This document shows, piece by piece, positions 34,063 through 44,525 of a stretch of 64,000 nt of DNA; the first letter of the stretch is position 1, and every line of letters begins with the position of its first letter. The stretch comes from an uncultured Candidatus Saccharibacteria bacterium (GTDB taxonomy: Bacteria; Patescibacteriota; Saccharimonadia; Saccharimonadales; SZUA-47). The position numbers and the translations under genes were made by a program. Location: the NCBI GenBank assembly GCA_964419675.1, contig CAYQPN010000002.1, positions 3,073 to 67,072 on the forward strand, read 5' to 3'. A model generated the notes under the pieces. It worked only from the letters and a program-made list of their open reading frames with translations, had not been told where the DNA came from and made no database searches.

Positions 34063-34626
34063 TTACTTATTATCGGCGCAGAATATAGCTCCGCCTTCAA
34101 GCTTCATCTGTATGGCGTAATTTCTTGAGCTTGCACCTGCTGCAACAGTAGACTCTCCGCTACAAACTTCACCGGTTACATAACGGATTGAGCCAGCCGT
34201 GTTTCCGATTGCAGTCGCACCAACTACGGTTGTAGGCGGATTAGTCCCGGATCCGTAACCTACTGGTTCTCCTGTTGATGGATCGACAATACTGATACTG
34301 CAAGAAACTGGAGGACCTGCTGTACAACCTAGGTACCTAGCGAAAAAGCCCAGTGCTGTCGTTGGAGTGCCGAAGTTTGAGGCCCCCGAGGCTAAGCTAG
34401 CAACAGGATATGTCCCATTATTATTACCTGAGTAGCTATCTATTTCCGTTTTTATTCTTCCAAGAGTGTCTTTTCTAGCCGAATTTCTCTGACTACGTTG
34501 CAGCTGTGGAATTGCAACAAGTACAATTGCCATGATTAGCCCCGCAACAGCCAATACAATCATAACTTCTATAATCGTAAAGCCGCCTTCTTTATAACCT
34601 AGTTTCTTACCTATTCTGTTTAACAT
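34063..34626 (-). CDS. pilA: Major type IV pilin
   Basis: 187-aa ORF with KEGG/FTIIEVMIVLAVAGLIMAIVLVAIPQLQRSQRNS and C-terminal Cys residues. Confidence 0.8.
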   Translation of the reverse strand: MLNRIGKKLGYKEGGFTIIEVMIVLAVAGLIMAIVLVAIPQLQRSQRNSARKDTLGRIKTEIDSYSGNNNGTYPVASLASGASNFGTPTTALGFFARYLGCTAGPPVSCSISIVDPSTGEPVGYGSGTNPPTTVVGATAIGNTAGSIRYVTGEVCSGESTVAAGASSRNYAIQMKLEGGAIFCADNK

Positions 34627-34697
34627 TTAATGGTGCCCTTCTTAAATTGTTATTTGTCTAATAGCTATAATAATGCGCTTATGTTTAATTTGCAATA

Positions 34698-35912
34698 TTA
34701 TCCAAGAACTCCCTGGCCAACTAGGCCATAAATCGGTAGCAGAATTGCACCAACTATAATCAAAGCCACAACGCCCAGAATGATCATTAGCAGTGGCTCT
34801 ACGATGGTTGAGATAGACTTGACTGCGTTATCTACCTCTTTTTCATAATATGTGGCGATTTTTTCTAACATCTGTTCAATTGTTCCGGAATCTTCACCTA
34901 TTTTTATCATTTGCGGAACAAGTTCTAAAAAGTTAGGGTCATTTTCTAGTGATGAAGAGAGTGATTTTCCACCCTTTACCTTCTCTATTGCTGCTTTTAG
35001 CGAGTCTTCAACGTGCACATTTGAAATCGCCCGTCCGGTAATTTCTAATGTTTGGATTATCGGCACTCCACTAGAGACAAGGGTTGTGCCAGTACGAGCA
35101 AACCTGGCCATATATAATTTACTAAATAGCGGGCCAAGAAGTGGTGCATGCAACTTAATAGAGTCTACAGCTGATTTGCCGGTTATCGTACGAGCCCAGC
35201 GGGTTGTAAAGAAGCCGGCCAGCCCAAGTACTATAAGCACTGCCCACCAAAAACCGGTAACAAAATTTGATAACGTGAGTAAAGCAACAGTCAAGAACGG
35301 TAACTTAGCACCGGGGATTCCTTTATATAATTCTCCGACCTGTGGCAAAACGGCAACAACCATAAAACCAACGACACCAATCATCACAATCATAACAATC
35401 ACTGGGTATATTAACGCCCCTCTTACTTTACTAACTAGCTCTGCATCTTTTTCTTGTTGACTGGCTAGCCTATCCAGAGAGTCGTCCAAAGTACCAGATG
35501 TTTCACCCGCAGCCACTAAACTTATAAATACCTGATTGAATACATTCGTATGCTGTTCAAGCGCTTTAGAAAAAGCTACACCACCTTCAACCTTAGTAAT
35601 TACATCGGCGAGTACTACTTTGAAGCTCTCGTTTTGAGTCTGGTTAAGAACAGAGCGCATACTCTGAACAAGTGGTAGCCCTGCGTTCAATAGCGTAGAC
35701 AGCTGTCTTGAAAAAATAACTTTATCTTTAGTGCTTATTCTATTCTTATATCGCAAAAAGAAATTTCCGGAAACCTTAGGCTTCACAGATAATGTTGCGT
35801 AGCCTTGTCCTTTTAAAATCTTGGCTATTTCTTGTTCGTTACTGCCTTCAAGAGTACCTTTAACTTCTTCGCCTGTTGCTGGATCTTTAGCTATATAAGA
35901 ATAGGTAATCAT
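34698..35912 (-). CDS. pilC: Type IV pilus platform protein (GspF/PilC family)
   Basis: 404-aa ORF with two T2SS-F repeats and three TM segments. Confidence 0.9.
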   Translation of the reverse strand: MITYSYIAKDPATGEEVKGTLEGSNEQEIAKILKGQGYATLSVKPKVSGNFFLRYKNRISTKDKVIFSRQLSTLLNAGLPLVQSMRSVLNQTQNESFKVVLADVITKVEGGVAFSKALEQHTNVFNQVFISLVAAGETSGTLDDSLDRLASQQEKDAELVSKVRGALIYPVIVMIVMIGVVGFMVVAVLPQVGELYKGIPGAKLPFLTVALLTLSNFVTGFWWAVLIVLGLAGFFTTRWARTITGKSAVDSIKLHAPLLGPLFSKLYMARFARTGTTLVSSGVPIIQTLEITGRAISNVHVEDSLKAAIEKVKGGKSLSSSLENDPNFLELVPQMIKIGEDSGTIEQMLEKIATYYEKEVDNAVKSISTIVEPLLMIILGVVALIIVGAILLPIYGLVGQGVLG

Positions 35913-35917
35913 TTGGT

Positions 35918-37021
35918 CTAGCCTCGCATTAGTCTATCGAGTTCTTCGATATCAACTGCAAAATTACGAGCCTCATCATAACTTATTGTCCCTGAATGTA
36001 TCATGGAAACTAGTGTTTTGTCTAAAGACTGCATCCCAAATTCTGAACCAGTTTGAATAACTGCATCCAGCTGATGAGTTTTTCCTTCACGAATAATATT
36101 TCTAACTGCAGGTGTAGCAACTAAAATCTCTGCAGCCACTACACGCCCTCCGCCAATAGCTGGCACTAATCGCTGTGAACAAATTCCCATTAAAATATTG
36201 CTAAGCTGCGCTCTAATCTGTGACTGTTGATGGGGTGGGAAAACATCTATCATACGGTCAATACTTTGTGCGGCAGAGTTTGTGTGAAGAGTTGCAAAAA
36301 CTAAGTGCCCTGTCTCAGCGATAGTAATAGCACTAGCGATAGTTTCTAAATCACGCATTTCTCCAATCAAAACAACGTCAGGGTCTTGGCGTAGCGCACT
36401 ACGGAGAGCAGCAGAAAATGAAAAGGTGTCGTAGTGTACTTCTCTTTGTACCAAGACGGATTTTTTTGACTTGTGAGTATACTCAATCGGATCTTCGATA
36501 GTAATAATATGTACTGGTTTTTCGCTATTTATTTTATCCACTAAAGACGCAAGCGTAGTCGATTTACCTGAGCCAGTAGGTCCGGTAATCAAAACAAGGC
36601 CTCGTGGATAATCAGCGAACTTTGAAATTGTAGTGGGCAGTCCCAATTGTTCAATCGTTAATATTTCATTAGGGATTAGCCTAAGAGCAGCGGCTAAATT
36701 ACCCCGCTCATGATAAGCGTTAACGCGGAACCTACCAAGGTCACCAAAAGCAAAGCTAAAATCAAATTCTTTATCCTTAAGCAGAATCTGCTTCTGGTCA
36801 TCGTCCAATATTGCAAAAACAAGTGATTCCACCGCAGATTCTGTAAGCACCTCCGTACCTGAAACTGCCACTAGAGATCCATCAATACGAAGCATGGGTG
36901 TTAAACCAACTTGCAGGTGAAGGTCAGATGCCTTCTTCTTAATGACTTGCTCAAGTAGAATTTCTATTCTTGGTTGTGCTGCTTGTGTTGCCACCCTTAA
37001 CTCCTTCTTAGTTTCACGCAC
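35918..37021 (-). CDS. pilT: Type IV pilus retraction ATPase
   Basis: 367-aa ORF with GPTGSGKSTT, IITIEDPIE and GHLVFATLHTNSAAQSIDRMIDVFP. Confidence 0.9.
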   Translation of the reverse strand: MRETKKELRVATQAAQPRIEILLEQVIKKKASDLHLQVGLTPMLRIDGSLVAVSGTEVLTESAVESLVFAILDDDQKQILLKDKEFDFSFAFGDLGRFRVNAYHERGNLAAALRLIPNEILTIEQLGLPTTISKFADYPRGLVLITGPTGSGKSTTLASLVDKINSEKPVHIITIEDPIEYTHKSKKSVLVQREVHYDTFSFSAALRSALRQDPDVVLIGEMRDLETIASAITIAETGHLVFATLHTNSAAQSIDRMIDVFPPHQQSQIRAQLSNILMGICSQRLVPAIGGGRVVAAEILVATPAVRNIIREGKTHQLDAVIQTGSEFGMQSLDKTLVSMIHSGTISYDEARNFAVDIEELDRLMRG

Positions 37022-38804
37022 TATCCTGTGCAGTTACTCTGTTAACTTCCCCAATTGTAGTTTGACCGGCTAGTGCTTTCAGATACCCGTCCTGGCGCAT
37101 GGTAATCATACCCTCTGTTTGTGCAACCTTTTGTATTTCCGTACTTGTCGCCCTTTTGATAATGAGCTCCTGGATACTTTCGGTTACAGCAAACACCTCG
37201 TACAGTCCCATTCGGCCCTTTAAGCCTTCTGGAGATTGCGGGGTGACCTTGCCCTTAAACAAAGTATAAGCGTTTTGGTTGGCTAGAGGCAAGTTAGAAT
37301 ATCCCAAATCATTTGCAACCCTTGTTACCTCTTCTGGAGTTTTAGGTAAGATATTGCCGATCGCTATGTTTATAGCTTCTGTTTCTGCCTTGGTAGATTG
37401 ATAGGTCTCGCCTCCTGGAACTATCTTTCTGACCAGTCGTTGACCTATAACTGTGTGTACCGTGCTGGCAATCAAAAAAGGTTCAATGCCCATGTCTAAC
37501 AATCTTGGCAAGATTCCAGCAGCAGAATTTGTGTGCAAAGTTGAGAAAACCAGGTGACCTGTTAATGCAGCCTGAACAGCCAGTGTTGCCGTTTCTTTAT
37601 CACGAATTTCTCCAACCATGACAACATCTGGATCTTGGCGCAAAACTGACCTCAGCCCTGACGCAAAAGTTAATCCAACCTCAGGGTTCACTTGAATCTG
37701 ATTAATCCCCGGCATTTTATACTCGACCGGATCCTCAAGTGTCACAATGTTGATTTCGTCGCTTTTAATCTCTTGGAGCAGTGCGTAAAGTGACGTAGAT
37801 TTACCAGACCCTGTTGGTCCACTAGTTAGAATCATCCCATTTGGATGAGTCAAACCATCTCTAATAGATTTAAGAGCTCTACCGACAAAACCCATGTCCT
37901 CTAATTGCAAGACTGTCCCACTCTTATCTAGCAGACGAATCACAACTTGCTCTCCCCAAACAACCGGAGATATTGCTATACGGAGGTCGATAGTTTTTCC
38001 AGCAGCAGAGATAGAAAACTGACCGTCTTGCGGAATACGATGTTCGTCAATCTTTAAGTTTGCCAAAATTTTAACTCTAGAGATTAACGGCGCCTCTGTG
38101 CTTTTGGGTAACTTCATAATTTCTTTTAGAACGCCGTCAATTCTGACTCTAATTTTTAGTTCATTTTCAAGAGGTTCAATATGAATATCACTAGCTTGAT
38201 TATTCGCCGCGTACTCCAATATTGATGATATCGCTTTACTTATTGGCGAATCCTGAGAAATAGCCAAAGCGTCTATCTTGGCCTGAGTGTTAATTTTGTC
38301 GTCGGGCCCCTGCTGGTCTTCAATCTGCTTATCCAAGGCGCTGGCGATATCGTGGTCTAAATCAGCTGAATACTGATTTATAACGTTTCTAATTCCCTCT
38401 TCACTGGCGACGTAAACTTTTAGTGGCCGACCGACCTTATTGCTCAAAAAATCCACCGCCTGAACGTTATCGGCATCAAGCATCGCAACCACTAGCCGGT
38501 TCTGCATTTCTCCCAATGGGACTGCCATATAGCGCTCTGCAATCTCCTTGGGCAAAAGCGACAATATTCTTGGGTCTACTCTTGAGTTACTAAGGTTCAC
38601 GTAGGGCATTTTAGCAACGTGAGCGATGGTCTTAGTAAGTTGTTCGTTTGTAAGATGCCCTTCATTCAGCATTTCTGTTAGAAGAGGTGAATTTTTCTGT
38701 TCAGCATCAGACTTTAGCTTATGCATTTTTTCAGGGGATATCAGGCCTTCAGCAACTACGGCCTCTTCCACCTCTCTTTGTAGGGCTGGCGACAAGATAC
38801 TCAT
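37014..38804 (-). CDS. pilB: Type IV pilus assembly ATPase (GspE/PilB family)
   Basis: 596-aa ORF with an N-terminal T2SSE-N domain, GPTGSGKSTS and GHLVFSTLHTNSAAG. Confidence 0.9.
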   Translation of the reverse strand: MSILSPALQREVEEAVVAEGLISPEKMHKLKSDAEQKNSPLLTEMLNEGHLTNEQLTKTIAHVAKMPYVNLSNSRVDPRILSLLPKEIAERYMAVPLGEMQNRLVVAMLDADNVQAVDFLSNKVGRPLKVYVASEEGIRNVINQYSADLDHDIASALDKQIEDQQGPDDKINTQAKIDALAISQDSPISKAISSILEYAANNQASDIHIEPLENELKIRVRIDGVLKEIMKLPKSTEAPLISRVKILANLKIDEHRIPQDGQFSISAAGKTIDLRIAISPVVWGEQVVIRLLDKSGTVLQLEDMGFVGRALKSIRDGLTHPNGMILTSGPTGSGKSTSLYALLQEIKSDEINIVTLEDPVEYKMPGINQIQVNPEVGLTFASGLRSVLRQDPDVVMVGEIRDKETATLAVQAALTGHLVFSTLHTNSAAGILPRLLDMGIEPFLIASTVHTVIGQRLVRKIVPGGETYQSTKAETEAINIAIGNILPKTPEEVTRVANDLGYSNLPLANQNAYTLFKGKVTPQSPEGLKGRMGLYEVFAVTESIQELIIKRATSTEIQKVAQTEGMITMRQDGYLKALAGQTTIGEVNRVTAQDSA

Positions 38805-38813
38805 ACGCCTCCT

Positions 38814-39059
38814 CTACCGAGAATTAAACGGGTTAGAATTATTTTCTTCTCCAATTTGAATCGTTTGGGTCGGATTGTTTGAAAGCTCGTTAAAATATTT
38901 CTCGGGTGGCCTAGTAAATTCTGTAGATATTGGACTCACAACCTCAACATTAGTCTGTCTATTCTTCGGTGAAGAAATCAGAATACCCGAAAGAACAAAT
39001 GAAACCACAGCACTTATTACTGCTACCGTAACGATTGTAACTAGGTCTTTCTTTTTCAT
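38814..39059 (-). CDS. Small bitopic membrane protein of the pilus operon
   Basis: 81-aa ORF with a single N-terminal TM, between pilO-like and pilB; no family recognised. Confidence 0.5.
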   Translation of the reverse strand: MKKKDLVTIVTVAVISAVVSFVLSGILISSPKNRQTNVEVVSPISTEFTRPPEKYFNELSNNPTQTIQIGEENNSNPFNSR

Positions 39060-39745
39060 TATTTCACTACCTTTGTGCTTATCTGAAGCCCGATAGAGGG
39101 TTGGTAAAAAGTCCTCAGCGTCAAGTTAACGTCTAAACTATCACTACTTCCTTGAAAACTAAGACTATCTACATAAAAAGGCCTGATGGATCGCTCAAGT
39201 GTTTCCAAAAGAAGCTTTGTTTGCGCTGCTGATGCCCTGACGTTAATAGGATAAGGTATTTCTAAAGGTGTAGTGACATTTACCGTTGGCTCTTCGCCTG
39301 TATCTGATCCTGCTATTGTCTCCTGACCGCCTAATGACGTAATGCTGTATCCACCGTCAGTGAGAATTTTTTCTAAACTAGTAGAGAGCGCCGGAAAGTC
39401 ATATTCTGCCGGCAAAGCGTCTAAAACTAACTTAGAGTTTGAACCATCTCTTGGGCCTGAACCATTAGCATTTCCGTTGATAACATTAACTTCTTCTGAG
39501 GTGAATGCAATATATACTTTTTCTAAATCTTTTACTGCCGAGGCGTTCTTTTCTAGCACACTCAGCGCCACTTTCTTTTCTTTAATTACACGACCGTGAT
39601 ACAGACTTTCGCTTATCAGCGCCTTTAAGGCAAATAAGCTAAACATTAATATGAATACAGATATTGAAACCGCCACAACAACATTTGCATTTGCTTTATC
39701 AATTATTTGTCGCCTGTTAGACTTGTTAATTTTTCTAGCGGCCAT
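39059..39745 (-). CDS. PilO-like pilus assembly protein
   Basis: 228-aa bitopic ORF with a coiled-coil after the TM; position between pilN and pilB. Confidence 0.55.
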   Translation of the reverse strand: MAARKINKSNRRQIIDKANANVVVAVSISVFILMFSLFALKALISESLYHGRVIKEKKVALSVLEKNASAVKDLEKVYIAFTSEEVNVINGNANGSGPRDGSNSKLVLDALPAEYDFPALSTSLEKILTDGGYSITSLGGQETIAGSDTGEEPTVNVTTPLEIPYPINVRASAAQTKLLLETLERSIRPFYVDSLSFQGSSDSLDVNLTLRTFYQPSIGLQISTKVVK

Positions 39746-39746
39746 C

Positions 39747-40445
39747 TTAATTACTCACTCCTGTGCTTTCAGTACCGTTAACGCTATCCTCTTGCTTGAA
39801 TAGTTCTAAACTTGGCGCACCGATTGATGATCGGGTGGTAATCTTGTTAGGCACAACTAAAGTAATCACTTTCGTGTTGTTGAATAGAATCGGGTCAAAT
39901 GTAAAAGTCAGAGTATAGCTTGCTTTTTCTTGGTTTCTCGTCAGTTCTGTTGCAACATTCGTGAACGCGATGATGTCAGTTTGACCATCTACGGCGTAAG
40001 TAGCAAACTTTATAGTGTCTGCGTATTGGTTAATGGCGGCAAAATCACTTGCGGAACCCTCAATCTTAATAATAGAGTCTACCATATTCAAATCTAGCTG
40101 TGAGATACTAACGTCTGCTGGTGTTAAAACGCTCAAATAATCGAATATTCTTGAAGTGTATGGGTTGCCTTCGTGTAGCGATGTTAGGGAGTTGTCCTGG
40201 TTTTGTACCGTCAATATTTTTATAAGATTAGGAATTGCTTCAATCTCGGCTTTTTTCGCTGTAATATCCTTCGTTAAATCGTCTATACTCTTGTTTTGAG
40301 CCAAATGAACTAAGCTAAACATAGATAACACAATGACAATCGCAACTAAAGAGCTCACGAAAGACGCCGTAAATATCAAGCGCTTAAGTCTCTTTGCCTT
40401 CATGTATTCTTTTTTTACGTCAGGAAGAAGGTTAAACTGAATCAT
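39747..40445 (-). CDS. pilN: PilN-like pilus assembly protein
   Basis: 232-aa ORF with an N-terminal FNLLPD motif followed by a single TM. Confidence 0.7.
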   Translation of the reverse strand: MIQFNLLPDVKKEYMKAKRLKRLIFTASFVSSLVAIVIVLSMFSLVHLAQNKSIDDLTKDITAKKAEIEAIPNLIKILTVQNQDNSLTSLHEGNPYTSRIFDYLSVLTPADVSISQLDLNMVDSIIKIEGSASDFAAINQYADTIKFATYAVDGQTDIIAFTNVATELTRNQEKASYTLTFTFDPILFNNTKVITLVVPNKITTRSSIGAPSLELFKQEDSVNGTESTGVSN

Positions 40446-41476
40446 TCTGTCCTCTCCGCTAATCCTGCCGCTTTGGAAAAATGGTTAGATACAGCTAGTA
40501 GTTCGTTCTCTTGGCTGGCAGGGAAAGTCGCGTTGCTCCAGGCATTTCCAATCTCAACACCAATACCAAATTTGTTTGCAAGCATCAATGGGAACTCGGG
40601 CAAGACCGATGCACCTCCGGTAACAATAATCTTTTGAATTGGGTGGTCTACGTACCTTGTGTTATAAAACTTGATTGATTTTTCAATTTCATTAACTAAA
40701 ACTTCAATTGTGTTAATAATTGCGTTATAAATTTGACCTTCGAGCTTATCTTTGCCTACGCCAAACTTAAAGACAAATTGTTCTGCCTGTTTAGCATCTA
40801 TGCCCAAATTTTGCATTGCAGAATTAATAATCGCTTCGGTTCCTGTAGGTATTGAACGCACTAGTCTTGGAGCATCGTTAAGCGTAACTACAAGGTCGGT
40901 TGCCTGAGAATCAATATCCAGGAGTAAAGTTGGTTCTGCGGTATTTAGAGGTAATAACGCACGTGTTAAGGCTAAACTTTCTGGTTCAAATGCAATAACG
41001 TTTAGGCCCAGTGATTCAAGCAAGTCCAGGCGCTTTTCAACAAAATCATTACTTACGCTAGATAATAGCACTTCTACTTTGTTCGCCTCTTTAGGAGAAT
41101 CTCCTAGTAACGCCCAATCTATTTTTGACTCACTCAAAGGAGTTGGAATCAAAGCATCTGCTTGGTATCTTATTGCCTTGTCTAGCTCTTGTGTGTTGAG
41201 TTTTTCTATATCTACAACTGTCAAAAATACCTTGTTTGACGGCAAACCAACGGCTACATTAGAAGTAGATACTCCGGACTGAGCAATTACTTGTTTTATC
41301 GCTTGACCAAGTTTTTGTTGATCAGCGTTAGCGTCGCTTTGGGTAATCTTAGGGTCAACAAACATAGACCCATACCGGTGCAAAACCTTATTTTTACCAC
41401 CTTTCATCTGAACGACACGCAATGAAGAAGTGCCTATGTCCAAACCAAAGAATTCGTTTCCACCAATTACGCTCAT
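40442..41476 (-). CDS. pilM: Type IV pilus assembly protein PilM (actin-like ATPase)
   Basis: 344-aa ORF with FGLDIGTSSLRVV and VTGGASVLP motifs. Confidence 0.85.
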   Translation of the reverse strand: MSVIGGNEFFGLDIGTSSLRVVQMKGGKNKVLHRYGSMFVDPKITQSDANADQQKLGQAIKQVIAQSGVSTSNVAVGLPSNKVFLTVVDIEKLNTQELDKAIRYQADALIPTPLSESKIDWALLGDSPKEANKVEVLLSSVSNDFVEKRLDLLESLGLNVIAFEPESLALTRALLPLNTAEPTLLLDIDSQATDLVVTLNDAPRLVRSIPTGTEAIINSAMQNLGIDAKQAEQFVFKFGVGKDKLEGQIYNAIINTIEVLVNEIEKSIKFYNTRYVDHPIQKIIVTGGASVLPEFPLMLANKFGIGVEIGNAWSNATFPASQENELLAVSNHFSKAAGLAERTE

Positions 41477-41648
41477 GCTTAAGGGTTATTATAAAGCATA
41501 AACGTCATTTTATACACCCTCTTTTTTCTAAAACTAACCCCGTAGCCGTCCTAACTGCGCCCCAGATGCTATCCCCTGTTCACTACCTCTAATTGTAAAT
41601 AGCTAAAGTTGAGCAAATGGTTAAACGCAAATTGATAATGTTGCAGTG

Positions 41649-44525
41649 TTAGTATCTCGGTGGCAAAGATATCAAAGAATCCATCTTCTTAACACCACCA
41701 CCAGTACCATTGAGCCCTGTCTCGTTACCTCTTGGAGCCATAAATACCTCTGGCGGTAGTCTGAACATTTCTGCGCCAGACGTCAGAGCAGCTGTATAGT
41801 TTTGACCAGGGGTAGACCTATTCAAAGTGCCTCCAGTTCGCCATAATTTTATCTTATTCGCTACTATTGCACCGTTTACAGTCAATGAATTATTACAAGC
41901 TCTACCAATCCCATAATTAGCTGTTTGATTAGTCAGGCTAGTCGTTGCATCAGTAAATGTTTTGGCTTGTCCAACATTCATAGTATTTGGTATGCAAGTA
42001 TACACCGTGCCCTTAGAGATTACTATCCCGTCAAACTGGGTAACATTACTTGCAAAATAGACGTTACCCGTTGCGTAAATAATTGTCATCGGAATATTTG
42101 AGACACTTCCCCAACCACCAAGATTGTATACGGGCTGGTTACCGTTGCTACCAATCAACACATCACCTTGAACCATAACTCGTCTATAACCATTTAAGCT
42201 TGCGGCCCCAGAGAAAACTCTTATCGGACCAGTATATTTTCTAGAGTTATTGAAGTTAATATCTATATCTGACCCAGGGGTTAGCCCCATACCAGTAAAA
42301 TCTTGGCTCCAGGTATCTGCAGCGCATAACGGGTAGTCAAAACTACCGCCGTAACTAGGGCTATAAAGTAAGCCTCCAGCTACTGCAGTTGTATTTGCAA
42401 ACACATCTTTTTTAGGATTACTATTACCCGTACCATCTTGGGTAATTGCACTTCTAAATCCATTCACTGCTCCGGCTGCAAAAATTGCCATCTGTGCACC
42501 AGAACCTACAATCTTTGTATTGTCTGCTCTATCTGTATCTATATAACCCTTAGTTGCACCACCCGAAGCGCTGCAAGTACCAGAACTAATCCCGTACCCT
42601 GCAATCACATCAGACTGGAAGAATTGGGTGTAGGGATAGGTCACCACTCTTATTGTTGTAGGGCCTGTACAGTTCACTTTTACCCCGTCTGGCTGAGTTA
42701 TATATGCGCTGAAGTTAAAGTCACCTACCCCTAATATGGCTGGCAGAAGTTGTTCAATATCTCTAAACGTAACTCCGCTATCAGGCGGTATGTCAGCACC
42801 ATAGTTATTGTAGTTTTGTGAACCAACACCATTTATTGATAACGTTACTGGGTAGCTAGCTGGAGCAAGTGCTGCTCCGCCAGCTCCGGCATTATTTTTA
42901 ACTCTTATTTTCAAGCTTATTGTGTCGTTAGGTTGAGCATATGGCAGAATACCACCAACAACAGATATAGTTACGTTGCAAGCAGGCGCAGGCGCAGGAG
43001 CCTTAACATCAAAACTGCCTGTACAAGTTATAGGCGTCCATTCAACCCCAGGTTTTACTAAGCCCCAGTTAAACACTACCCCATTCTGAGCAGTACCAGG
43101 CGCAATCATGGGTTGGTTTAACGCCACACCATCTGCGTATGCAATATCCGTGACTGTAAATGTTTGGTCGCCGCTCGTCACGGCTGGCCCCCGGGCATAA
43201 CTCCATCCTCCCACCAGATAATTGTTGATGTTTGTTCTTGGATACTCATTACCCCAATTAGGCCCATTCACGCCAAGTGTCCATCCATTACCACCCTTAA
43301 TATTGACATCAAATTTAATTCTATCGCCAGTTCTAATATTCGAACTGTTATCAGAAAACCTAACTATATTACTAATCGTACAAGCCGTTGGTGGCGGAGC
43401 CGAACAATCACTCGTTCCTGAATCTGTTATGAACGTCGTATCTATAGTAAGTGTGTTAACCCTTGTCATGTGCCTAATAATAAAAGAATACTTATTTCCT
43501 GCTTTTATTTTAAACCTACCGTTTGCATCTGTGTTGGCTTTAATATTTGTTTGATCAATCAGCGACTGCACAAACGGGTTTGGAACTGTTGTCGTTGGAA
43601 TATATATTGAGGCGTCATTGCCAGATCCCGGTAGGGCACTAAGTGGAAAGCCCTCGCTATCTATCCATGGTGGTATTTGGGGTGATGGAATTACTGTTCT
43701 AGTGCCGTTGGGTTCGGTAATCTCCACCATTCCCCTGATGTTGGTTTGTTGGTAGTTGTTTTGACCATCACTTCCGGTATCTAAATCATACAGCTCAATG
43801 CTAGCATATGCGTTAACTTCACACTGTAAATCAATGTGTTGATCCCAGTATCCGCCAATTGTGCCTACACCTCCTGGCCTAGGTTGTGCGAAACTTGAGT
43901 AGCCTATGCCGCTAGAGGGGCATGAGTTAGGATAAGTTGGGTAGATCCCTGTGTCACAGGGTAAATTTAAATCAGTAATCCCAATTCGTACATCCGGATC
44001 TTCGGCTCGCAATCGGAAATGATTATAGTAATACACCCCTGCATCGGTATTATTGGTACCTATCCCATCAGCCATAAAAAGAAACTTATTAAAATTACCA
44101 TATGTACCCCCGGAGGATGTCGGAGTAAACGTAATTGCAAGGTCTACTTGACCGAAACCACACCAAAATGAGCTATTGCCAATCGGTCCTGAGGCGCTAA
44201 AAATATAAAAATTTGTATGGGAGAATCCACTGGGTAAGTCCATCCAGGTATGACAGCCGTCAACTATTGTTATAGTTATCGGTGTCGAGATATTCTTAGG
44301 TACATATATGTTAGCACCCGTTATTTTGCCGGGCATACAGCCCGACCGCGTTTTACATAGCTCTGTAATCATATAGGTAGTCTCACCGTTAAATGATGTG
44401 TCCGGATGATTATTGCTCGGTGCTGCAGGTGGGTTTAGTGCAAAGCTACGATCATGATGAATAAATGTAACGGCTACTAACAAAGTTAAGAAATAACCTA
44501 TGAATAGAATCTTTCTTTTACTCAC
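41649..44525 (-). CDS. Very large secreted or cell-surface protein (candidate adhesin)
   Basis: Maximal ORF 41649-44588 (979 aa). The likely start is GTG 44525, preceded by GGAG at 7 nt and overlapping the upstream stop (GTGAGTAA). Signal anchor KRKILFIGYFLTLLVAVTF. G/N/T-rich and predicted beta-rich; no enzymatic motif seen. Confidence 0.7.
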   Translation of the reverse strand: MSKRKILFIGYFLTLLVAVTFIHHDRSFALNPPAAPSNNHPDTSFNGETTYMITELCKTRSGCMPGKITGANIYVPKNISTPITITIVDGCHTWMDLPSGFSHTNFYIFSASGPIGNSSFWCGFGQVDLAITFTPTSSGGTYGNFNKFLFMADGIGTNNTDAGVYYYNHFRLRAEDPDVRIGITDLNLPCDTGIYPTYPNSCPSSGIGYSSFAQPRPGGVGTIGGYWDQHIDLQCEVNAYASIELYDLDTGSDGQNNYQQTNIRGMVEITEPNGTRTVIPSPQIPPWIDSEGFPLSALPGSGNDASIYIPTTTVPNPFVQSLIDQTNIKANTDANGRFKIKAGNKYSFIIRHMTRVNTLTIDTTFITDSGTSDCSAPPPTACTISNIVRFSDNSSNIRTGDRIKFDVNIKGGNGWTLGVNGPNWGNEYPRTNINNYLVGGWSYARGPAVTSGDQTFTVTDIAYADGVALNQPMIAPGTAQNGVVFNWGLVKPGVEWTPITCTGSFDVKAPAPAPACNVTISVVGGILPYAQPNDTISLKIRVKNNAGAGGAALAPASYPVTLSINGVGSQNYNNYGADIPPDSGVTFRDIEQLLPAILGVGDFNFSAYITQPDGVKVNCTGPTTIRVVTYPYTQFFQSDVIAGYGISSGTCSASGGATKGYIDTDRADNTKIVGSGAQMAIFAAGAVNGFRSAITQDGTGNSNPKKDVFANTTAVAGGLLYSPSYGGSFDYPLCAADTWSQDFTGMGLTPGSDIDINFNNSRKYTGPIRVFSGAASLNGYRRVMVQGDVLIGSNGNQPVYNLGGWGSVSNIPMTIIYATGNVYFASNVTQFDGIVISKGTVYTCIPNTMNVGQAKTFTDATTSLTNQTANYGIGRACNNSLTVNGAIVANKIKLWRTGGTLNRSTPGQNYTAALTSGAEMFRLPPEVFMAPRGNETGLNGTGGGVKKMDSLISLPPRY

